DNA of 64,000 bases from Ignavibacteriota bacterium (GTDB taxonomy: Bacteria; Bacteroidota; Ignavibacteria; UBA10030; UBA6906): positions 992,001-1,056,000 of the forward strand of contig CAWDEM010000008.1 of NCBI GenBank assembly GCA_963801355.1. Direction: 5' to 3'. Of the stretch, positions 37,825 through 46,468 are shown piece after piece. The notes beneath the pieces were generated by a model. The model made no database searches. It was not told the DNA's origin and worked only from the letters and a program-made list of their open reading frames with translations. Made by a program: the position numbers and the translations under genes. How positions within the stretch are numbered: position 1 is the stretch's first letter; each line of letters begins with the position of its first letter.

Positions 37825-39780
37825 ATGATACCGGCGGGTGAATTCTTGGGGAGGCACCTGTACCAATTTGATGATTTCTCTCTCGACATCCGTGAGCATT
37901 CTCTCCAACACGGGGACCGGGTCATTTCACTGCGCCCCAAATCCTTCGACACGCTTGCCTTTCTCGTAGAACGCCACGGCCGCCTGGTCACGAAAGATGA
38001 GCTGCTTACTACCCTGTGGGCAGATGTCGTTGTGACTGAGGGGAGTCTCACGCACTGCATCGAGGAGATCCGGGAGGCGCTTGGAGATGATCCGCATCAG
38101 CCCCGGTTCATTCAGACCGTTCCGCGTGTCGGCTATCGATTCATCGCCAAAATGCGCGTACTGCCGGACGAAACGATAGTTGAGGAGGTCCTGGAGGAAA
38201 GTGAATACACTGCACTGAAGGTGAAATTCCGCAACGGCAGTCTGGCTGACACCGAGACGACACCCCTCACGCCCGTAGTGGCTTTGCCGGGGCCTCATGC
38301 TCAGCGTTGGCAACAGACTGCATTCGCAGTTGGGATTTCGGGACTTCTCCTTGCGACTGCGGCAGGGGTATTCTGGTATCTTCAGCGTGACCGGAGTGAA
38401 ATCATCAGGTCGGTTGCGGTCTTGCCCTTCGACAACCTGAGCGGCAATGCAGAGGAGGAGTACTTTGCCGACGGGCTCACGGATGCCTTGATCTCCGACC
38501 TCGCAGGAATTCGCACACTGCGCGTGATTTCGCGTACTTCAGTGATGCAGTACAGGACCAATCGCAAACCACTTCGGGAGATCGGCAAGGAACTGCAGGT
38601 TGATGCCGTGGTCGAGGGATCGGTATTCCGATCGGGAGAACGGGTTCGCACTACTGCCGCGCTTATCACAACAGCAAGCGAACACCGGATCTGGGGAGAG
38701 ATATACGAGCGGGATCAACGCGACATGCTCGGCCTCATTCGCGATATGGCCCGGACCATCGCAGGCGAGATCAATATCGAGTTGAGCTCGGCGGAACAGG
38801 CCCACCTTGCATCGGCCTACCCGGTAGTAATGCCTGCTTACGAGTTGTATCTCAAAGGCCGCTATCACTGGAACAAAAGGACTTCAGAAGGCTTCAGGAA
38901 AGGCCTCGACTGTTTTCAGCGCGCCCTTGATGCTGATTCGCAATATGCACCAGCGCTTGTGGGCCTGGCTGACTGCTACAACATGCTGGGAGACTACGAC
39001 CTGCTTCCGCCGAATGTGGCTTTCCCCAGGGGCCGTACCGCCTCCTTGCGGGCCATCACCTTAGACAGCTCTCTCGCCGATGCGCATGCGTCGCTGGCTT
39101 TCGCGGTAATGCGCTTCGATTGGAATTGGCCTGAAGTCGAGAAAGAATACACACGCGCTATCAATCTGAATCCAAGCTGCTCCAACGCCCATCATTGGTA
39201 TGCCCTCTATCTGGCAACGCGCGAGCGATTTGCAGACGCAAAGGAGGAAATCCGAAGAGCCCAGGTTCTCGATCCACTCTCCACAATAGTCCTGGCGAAT
39301 CTCGCGTGGGTGCACTACTTCGCACGCGAGAATGATCAGGCGATCGCAATCTGCCGGGAGGCCCTGCAGAAGGATTCAACTTTCGTCTCCGCGCACATCA
39401 AGCTCGGATGGTCGTATGAGCAGCAAGGACTCTACAGAGAAGCACAAATGGAGTTCGAAAAGGCGATCGCTTCGGGAGGAGAAGATCCCGCCCTGCTCTC
39501 TATGCTCGCACGTTCGTATGCTCTTCAAAACGAGCGCGGCAAAGCGATCGGCCTCATTAATCGTGTGATCGACCAGTCGAGTCGCCGCTACGTTTCGGGT
39601 TACCATGTCGCATCTGCGTACGCCGGACTTGGGGAAAAGACCCGGGCACTGGAGTGGCTGGAAAAGTCGTACGACGAGCGAAGCGGCTGGCTGGCCTGGT
39701 TGAATGTGGATCCCAAGTTTGATGAGCTTCGCGAAGATCCACGATTTGTTGCGTTGGTCGACAGTCTTAAGCTCAGGTAG
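37825..39780 (+). CDS. CadC-like transmembrane regulator: OmpR-type wHTH, TM, TolB-like domain, TPR repeats
   Basis: LVTKDELL..LW, IREALGD....PRFIQTVPR.GYRF; TM; SVAVLPF.NLS, YFADG.TD.LI, RVISRTS; AYELYLKGRY.WN TPRs. Confidence 0.92.
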   Translation: MIPAGEFLGRHLYQFDDFSLDIREHSLQHGDRVISLRPKSFDTLAFLVERHGRLVTKDELLTTLWADVVVTEGSLTHCIEEIREALGDDPHQPRFIQTVPRVGYRFIAKMRVLPDETIVEEVLEESEYTALKVKFRNGSLADTETTPLTPVVALPGPHAQRWQQTAFAVGISGLLLATAAGVFWYLQRDRSEIIRSVAVLPFDNLSGNAEEEYFADGLTDALISDLAGIRTLRVISRTSVMQYRTNRKPLREIGKELQVDAVVEGSVFRSGERVRTTAALITTASEHRIWGEIYERDQRDMLGLIRDMARTIAGEINIELSSAEQAHLASAYPVVMPAYELYLKGRYHWNKRTSEGFRKGLDCFQRALDADSQYAPALVGLADCYNMLGDYDLLPPNVAFPRGRTASLRAITLDSSLADAHASLAFAVMRFDWNWPEVEKEYTRAINLNPSCSNAHHWYALYLATRERFADAKEEIRRAQVLDPLSTIVLANLAWVHYFARENDQAIAICREALQKDSTFVSAHIKLGWSYEQQGLYREAQMEFEKAIASGGEDPALLSMLARSYALQNERGKAIGLINRVIDQSSRRYVSGYHVASAYAGLGEKTRALEWLEKSYDERSGWLAWLNVDPKFDELREDPRFVALVDSLKLR

Positions 39781-39867
39781 GCCCCGAGACCCGCACACTG
39801 TACTTCCCTCCAGGAGCAGTACACCGCCTACCGTCCTCTGGAGCACTCCGCCGGATCCGTCTCCAGA

Positions 39868-40938
39868 TCATTCCCCTTCTTTATAGAACCCCTCCGTGAA
39901 CCATCCGCACCAGTGTTCGTATGAAAACACCGTCGTCAACCCCATGCTCGTGTTCTTGACCGGGAGAACTTTCTCTGTGAAGGTATCGGAATACCTGAAG
40001 AGAGAGCCGGACATAGTGCCAAGTTCGAGTTGCTGAAGGACCTTGGTCGTCGTGAGTAGACCGAGAGTGATAGAGTAGCGGCCACACCAGACGGGGATCG
40101 ATTTCTTCGTCGTCGAATCGGGCCAGATCTCGCCCGTAAGACCTTGGATTTTTGTCCGGGTGATCTCTCCAGTGAGATGGGTATTGATGATCTTCCGGTC
40201 ATTCTCCGTGGCCAGAGCATGTGCCCGTGCATCGGTGCCATAGGGGGAGTTGTTAAAATCCGGTCCGTAGTGGTTTGCGTCGTTGGACATCAGGAAGAAG
40301 ATATCTTTCCCGGGTTCAAGCCGGTTCGCTGTGATGTATTCGGCGAAGATGCGCGCAAGACGGGTTGAGAGATCCTCCATCTTCTCGAAAGGCATACGTG
40401 TCACCATGATCGGAGTGATCTTCACATCCCGGTTATAGTATTGCAGGAAAGGGATAAGTGCCTCGATCGAGTGTTCGAGCGCATGAGCTTTGTTGCTGGT
40501 CAGGAGGTATTTCGGGGGGAGTTGCTTCCTGATGATCGCTCGCAGCGGCGAGATCTCCACATCGTTGTATGGTCCCCGCCACTTGCGATATTCGTCAAGG
40601 ATCACAACATTCGACAGCGGCCCGAGTTCCTTTGTGACGCTTCCATGTGTCACTCCGAAGATCACCACCTCTTTGGCGTGGATCATCTTATAGAGTGGAT
40701 AATAGACTCTACCTGCGTAGAGATAGTCATCGTGCACGGAGATGCCGGCTATCAGATCCCCTGCCGGATAGGCAATGGAATCAGCATGCGATTCCAGGTA
40801 CTTCATGAATGTTGTCATCTCATCTGCATTCCAGCAGAAGCCCACAGAGTCACGGACCGGCCTGCAATCCTGGGCCTGCAGGGATACGGCGTGAATGACA
40901 GGGACCAGCCACATGAGGGGAAGCCATCGAGCGTTCAT
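39868..40938 (-). CDS. Memo/AmmeMemoRadiSam protein B family, with signal peptide
   Basis: ISVHDDYLYAG, IFGVTH, EHSIEA..PFLQ, SND.NHYG, WCG. Confidence 0.8.
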   Translation of the reverse strand: MNARWLPLMWLVPVIHAVSLQAQDCRPVRDSVGFCWNADEMTTFMKYLESHADSIAYPAGDLIAGISVHDDYLYAGRVYYPLYKMIHAKEVVIFGVTHGSVTKELGPLSNVVILDEYRKWRGPYNDVEISPLRAIIRKQLPPKYLLTSNKAHALEHSIEALIPFLQYYNRDVKITPIMVTRMPFEKMEDLSTRLARIFAEYITANRLEPGKDIFFLMSNDANHYGPDFNNSPYGTDARAHALATENDRKIINTHLTGEITRTKIQGLTGEIWPDSTTKKSIPVWCGRYSITLGLLTTTKVLQQLELGTMSGSLFRYSDTFTEKVLPVKNTSMGLTTVFSYEHWCGWFTEGFYKEGE

Positions 40939-40968
40939 TGCGCTTGTCTTTCGGGAAGTGAAGCTTCA

Positions 40969-41014
40969 GGGGTGAGACCCCTTGCACACACGCATGCACA
41001 TGGGGTCAGACCCC
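40969..41014. repeat. Doublet of 13-bp palindrome GGGGT(G/C)AGACCCC with 20-bp spacer
   Basis: Copies 40969-40981 and 41002-41014; same 33-bp period as 7938/7971. Confidence 0.8.
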
Positions 41015-41118
41015 CACATTCTGAGCCAGCTGGCAGGGGTCAGGGACTCCAGAAATTACATAAACCTGCTGTTTTTTGCTATATTGGCTCTTACCCTCAC
41101 CAGCTGAAGGTTCCGGAC

Positions 41119-43492
41119 ATGCTTCGCGTTCACGTTACAACGACTAGATTTCTCTGCCTCATAGGCATGGCCTGTCAGATCGTCCTTGCGCAGTCATACG
41201 TTCCTGTCCGGGGAGATCCCCGCGTGGCCGTTCAGCCGACGGTGCATTTGGGGGCATATGGATTTGACCTGCGCGACGTGTCCCTTCTGGATGGCAGTCC
41301 ATTCAAAAATGCAATGGAGAAAGACGCAGCCTATCTGCTGCTGATTCAACCTGACCGGCTCCTGCACCGGTTCCATTCGAACGCAGGTCTGCCCACCAAA
41401 GGGGAAGTCTACGGGGGATGGGAGAGCGAAGGGCTCTCGGGACACACCCTGGGCCACTACCTGTCCGCTTGTGCAATGGTGTACGCCGGCACAGGCAATT
41501 CCGAATTCAAGGCCCGCGTTGAATATATCACAAATGAACTTGCCCGATGTCAGGCCGCACGTAAGACCGGCTACGTAGGAGCCATCCCGAATGAAGACAG
41601 CATATTCAGTAAAGTCGCCCGCGGAGAGATTCAGTCATCCGGGTTTGACTTGAACGGCGGATGGTCCCCCTGGTACACCGTGCACAAAATGATGGCGGGA
41701 TTGGTCGACGCCTATCTGTATTGTGGCAATGCGAAAGCACTGACGGTCGTGAAGGGCATGGCGGACTGGACCGGGCATGTCGTTGGTCATCTGACGGATG
41801 AACAGCGGCTCCGCATGCTCAACTGCGAATACGGAGGCATGAATGATGTGCTGGCGAATGTCTATGCCATCACGGGGAACAGGAAATATCTCGCACTATC
41901 GCAGAAGTTCCATGATGAGTTTGTCATGGGCAAACTTGCGCAGCGCATTGATCCCTTGCCGGGGAAGCACTCCAACACGAACGTTCCCAAAGCCATCGGT
42001 GCGGCCCGCCGTTACGAGTTGACGGGGGCTGAGTCGGACAACACCATCGCGTCGTTCTTCTGGGAGGTCATGGTGCACGATCACTAGCTACGTGATTGGA
42101 GGGAACAGCAATTACGAGTATTGTGGCGACCCGAAGAAATTGAACGACAGGCTCAGTGACAATACGTGTGAGACATGCAATACGTACAACATGCTGAAAC
42201 TCACACGTCATTTGTTCTGCTGGAATCCCACGCGCATGTATGCTGACTATTACGAGCGGGCCCTGTATAATCATATACTTGCATCGCAAAATCCCACCGA
42301 CGGCATGATGTGCTATTTCGTGCCTTTGCGCATGGGAGCGCGCAAGACCTTCAGTGATCAGTTCAACACGTTCACCTGCTGCGTCGGCAGCGGGATGGAG
42401 AACCACAGCAAGTATGCCGAAGCCATCTACTACGAAAGTCGGGACAGAGGTCTGTACGTCAATCTGTTCATTCCTTCCGAGCTCCGCTGGAGAAAACGCG
42501 GAGTGACCATTCGGATGGAAACCCGCTTCCCGGATTCCGATACAGTCACGATTTCCATACGCACGAAGAAATCCGTTCGCTTCCCTCTCTACGTCCGGGA
42601 GCCGGAATGGACCGGGAGCAAGATGCGGATTCTCGTCAACGGACACCTCATCGCATCCGCGCCGGATGCGGCAGGCTACCATCGGCTGTCGCCCGCGTGG
42701 CATGACGGCGACCGGATCACGGTTGTACTCCCGATGACAGTGCACACCGAGGGCATGCCCGACAATCCGGATCGCATCGCATTTCTCTCTGGTCCTATCG
42801 TGCTGGCGGCACAACTTGGCACGACAATGCCTGACCCTATTTACGGCACGCCCGTACTAGTCACTGAAGACCGGAGCCCGGCAAACTGGGTGCGGGCGGA
42901 GGCCGGTGCGCCGTTGACGTTTGTGGTGCACGGTGTGGGGAGGCCGTTTGACCCCGTGCTGAAGCCATTCTTCAGAACATACGATCAATACTACAGCGTC
43001 TATTTCGATTTCTTCACCGAACCAGGCTGGCAGGGACGACAGGCGGACTTCGAGGCGGAAAAGAAGAGAGTAGAGGAAATCACGGAGGCAACGATCGACG
43101 AGTTCCGCATAGGTGAAATGCAGCCGGAACGAGACCACAATCTTCAGGCGAACGAGAAGTCGTATGTCGACGCCGCGCTCGGCCGGCCAGGACGCGAGGC
43201 ACGCAGAGACAACCATTTCTCGTTCGATATGAAAGTGCAGCCGGGAGCGCGAAATTCTCTTCTTCTGACGTACATTGGCGACGACAATGACAGGAAGTTC
43301 GACATTTGCATTGACGGAGAGCTGCTTGCCACAGTTGAATGGACGGGTGGTAAGCCGGGGAGGTTTTACGATGTAGAGTATCCGCTTCCCGACTCCCTCA
43401 TTGCAGGCAAAACAAAGACAAGAGTACGGATTGAAGCGAACCATGGTAAGACGGCCGGGCGAATCTTCGGGTGCCGAACGTTGAGGAGGTAG
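41119..43492 (+). CDS. GH127/GH146 beta-L-arabinofuranosidase family; one frameshift at ~42085
   Basis: [36 protein letters not shown] | [37 protein letters not shown]. Confidence 0.9.
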
Positions 43493-43572
43493 AAAGGATT
43501 CAGGTCCCGGACAATCGTGGTCCGTCAACACACGAGGCACTCCCGCTTCCACACAAATCCGGAGAACCACTC

Positions 43573-44563
<991 letters not shown>

Positions 44564-44588
44564 GATTTCTTGCAGTCTTCTTCAGGTT

Positions 44589-45368
44589 CTATACTTCTTC
44601 TTCCGACGGCTCCTTGCCGTGCCGAAGAGTCTCCAGCTCGCGACGCAGGGGCGCCCAGTATACGCGGTCGACTTCCCGCTCCCGATGCTCTTCCTGTTCC
44701 AGGCCTGCTTGAATCCCCTGCTCATCCTGATTCCGTGCGGCCGCGAGCAAAGGCCGCACTCTGACGACCGATTCCAGCTTTTCGGGATGGGAACGCGCCA
44801 TGTCGATGAGCATGGAAGGCGTGCGCGACTCACGGAGCCAGAATTCCAGATCCGCATCCGACGTCGTCTCGTGTGCCACGTAATCAGCCTCTACGAGCCG
44901 GCGGATCATCGGCCAGTCCTTGTCACGCTGTGTCTTCTTTGAGCGGATGAGGTCCTGCAGTGAAATCAACTCATACTGCTGTCCGTCATCGTCAGCAAAT
45001 TGAGTCCGGCGCTCCCAGAGCATGTCAAATCGATCAACGCCTCTCATGACCGACATGATGTCGATTCGCATGTTCAACGCATCGGGGTGATGGCACCGGA
45101 AATGAATTGCGTGCCCGCGGAGGAGAAACTGCCGATCAAAGGGAGGCATGGCGATCCTGCGTGCCTGGAGTTCGCGAAGTGCGGCGCGCAGAAGTGCGAG
45201 GTTGTCGTCCGTAGCAAGAATGGTGAGGTCGGTATCGCGGCTGAATTCAGCGGCCCCGTAGAACACGCAGGCCTGGCCGCCTATGAGCAGGGCGCGTACC
45301 TTGTGCGCGGACAGCGTCGAAAGGACTTTCTGAATCGGGTTCCGGATCGAGGGAGCCTCCCACGGCAA
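44589..45368 (-). CDS. Pol-beta-superfamily nucleotidyltransferase (toxin-antitoxin-like)
   Basis: LLIGGQA...YG..EFSRD.DL, R.DIM, DLI.SKKTQR.KD; start codon uncertain (TTG 45368). Confidence 0.75.
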   Translation of the reverse strand: MPWEAPSIRNPIQKVLSTLSAHKVRALLIGGQACVFYGAAEFSRDTDLTILATDDNLALLRAALRELQARRIAMPPFDRQFLLRGHAIHFRCHHPDALNMRIDIMSVMRGVDRFDMLWERRTQFADDDGQQYELISLQDLIRSKKTQRDKDWPMIRRLVEADYVAHETTSDADLEFWLRESRTPSMLIDMARSHPEKLESVVRVRPLLAAARNQDEQGIQAGLEQEEHREREVDRVYWAPLRRELETLRHGKEPSEEEV

Positions 45369-45468
45369 GATAGAAGGACCAGAGTTTGCCGGTTTCCCGC
45401 CAGCGCTGCGCCGGCGTCATCCGGTACCAATCCATCCATTCGTCATCGGGTATGGATGCTGTATACAT
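45247..45468 (-). CDS. Small partner protein overlapping the nucleotidyltransferase
   Basis: W..WY.MTP..RW.E..KLW..YL..GGSLDPEPDS.SPF; promoter directly upstream. Confidence 0.65.
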   Translation of the reverse strand: MYTASIPDDEWMDWYRMTPAQRWRETGKLWSFYLAVGGSLDPEPDSESPFDAVRAQGTRPAHRRPGLRVLRGR

Positions 45469-45474
45469 GTGCCA

Positions 45475-45503
45475 AATATATCAACTCCCAGCGACGGAAG
45501 CAA
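45475..45503 (-). promoter_or_regulatory. Sigma70-type promoter giving a probably leaderless transcript
   Basis: TTGCTT-N17-TATATT with only 6 nt before ATG 45468. Confidence 0.6.
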
Positions 45504-45552
45504 ATGAGGGCAATTTGTTGCTCTTTCATGGGGAAACAGGCGGCTGCCAATT

Positions 45553-46167
45553 TCACACTATGCGGTGGGAAGAAAACGCCTTGAGCAGCGTGGATTTGGT
45601 TTTTCTTACCGCCGCCACATCGGACAGCAGCACGACTTCGACTTTGCAGCTTTTGGCAAAATGGATGGCTGGTATGAAATCCGCATCGGAGGTCGCGAGC
45701 AAAATGCGTTCGATCCTTTGCCCAATCGAAAGCTTGGCCACGTCGAGACCTATCTTCATATCCACCTGTTTCTGGGACAGGACCGGTTCAAAGTCTTCGT
45801 CTGAAAGACGACCTGGTGTTTTCATGAGTCTCTTCACCGACGATTCTTTCAGGCTCCATCCGTCGAACGAGAGATGCCCGCGGCGGTAGACAAAGAATGG
45901 GTTCTCCATGAGGGATTGCTGAAACTCGATTGCCCGGGCATGAACGCTTGTGGTTGTGAAGTCCTGTAGCTTTCGTGAGACTGGCAGCGTCTTCTTTTCA
46001 GCGAATGGAGGGCAGTCGTAGAAATGGGTCTTGAGCAGAATCTCGCCGGGTTTCAGAACTGATGTGCAGAACTTCTCAATCTCCGGGACTGAAGGGAAGT
46101 GACCTATCCTACGCTGCAGGAGCCGTCGCGTGAAATCACCGTCCAGCAGAATCGCGGTATCCATCAA
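45553..46167 (-). CDS. NYN domain (LabA/DUF88, PIN-like) nuclease
   Basis: AILLDGDF, FYDCPP, QKQVDMKIGLD, SDADF.PA; AGGAGG RBS (TTG 46167 or ATG 46164). Confidence 0.9.
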   Translation of the reverse strand: MMDTAILLDGDFTRRLLQRRIGHFPSVPEIEKFCTSVLKPGEILLKTHFYDCPPFAEKKTLPVSRKLQDFTTTSVHARAIEFQQSLMENPFFVYRRGHLSFDGWSLKESSVKRLMKTPGRLSDEDFEPVLSQKQVDMKIGLDVAKLSIGQRIERILLATSDADFIPAIHFAKSCKVEVVLLSDVAAVRKTKSTLLKAFSSHRIV

Positions 46168-46175
46168 GCCTCCTC

Positions 46176-46217
46176 AAAAAAAAGTGAACCCCCTGCACGA
46201 AGGGGTACAAGGGGTTC
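46176..46217 (-). terminator. Intrinsic terminator immediately upstream of the NYN gene RBS
   Basis: 13-bp stem GAACCCCTTGTAC/GTGCAGGGGGTTC (2 G-U pairs), 6-nt loop, then AC-T8. Confidence 0.85.
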
Positions 46218-46250
46218 TATGCCGGCCTACCGGCGTTGCGGATTTGAAGC
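46176..46250 (-). ncRNA. Candidate ~75-nt leader/antitoxin RNA
   Basis: Bounded by promoter and terminator; contains GCCGG-TAGG-CCGGC hairpin then terminator hairpin; function inferred only. Confidence 0.45.
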
Positions 46251-46256
46251 ATCAAT

Positions 46257-46285
46257 AAGATACGGCAGACGGCGGCTATTGTCAA
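46257..46285 (-). promoter_or_regulatory. Sigma70-type promoter for leader RNA/NYN
   Basis: TTGACA-N17-TATCTT. Confidence 0.75.
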
Positions 46286-46397
46286 GCGGAATTCAAGGCC
46301 GAATGGGCTAAGCCGAGTGGGCTGAGGCCGACTGGGCAGAGTCCTAAGCGGTGACATTTCTATCGAGTCAGAACAGGGCCTCCTGGGCACAATATCG

Positions 46398-46462
46398 AGG
46401 ATCAGACCCGCACCAATAGTCAATAGACTATTCACAATCACCAATGGGTTGGGTCTGACCCC
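46398..46462. repeat. Palindromic element, copy 2
   Basis: AGGATCAGACCCGCACCAATAGTCAATAGACTATTCACAATCACCAATGGGTTGGGTCTGACCCC; 6 bp from stop at 46469. Confidence 0.88.
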
Positions 46463-46468
46463 AACCGA

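Noticed and set aside
40441-41118. Long N-terminal extension of the GH127 ORF (likewise 27538-27948, 33302-33439, 63479-63619)
   Set aside because: Overlaps neighbouring genes or repeats; signal peptides and RBS support downstream starts
42085-42087. TAG read-through (pyrrolysine/recoding) in GH127
   Set aside because: Downstream half is in a different frame; one extra base explains it
46217-46444. 75-aa ORF whose start (MVIVNSLLTIGAGL) resembles the 33439 ORF start
   Set aside because: Similarity is just the palindromic element translated; it overlaps the NYN promoter
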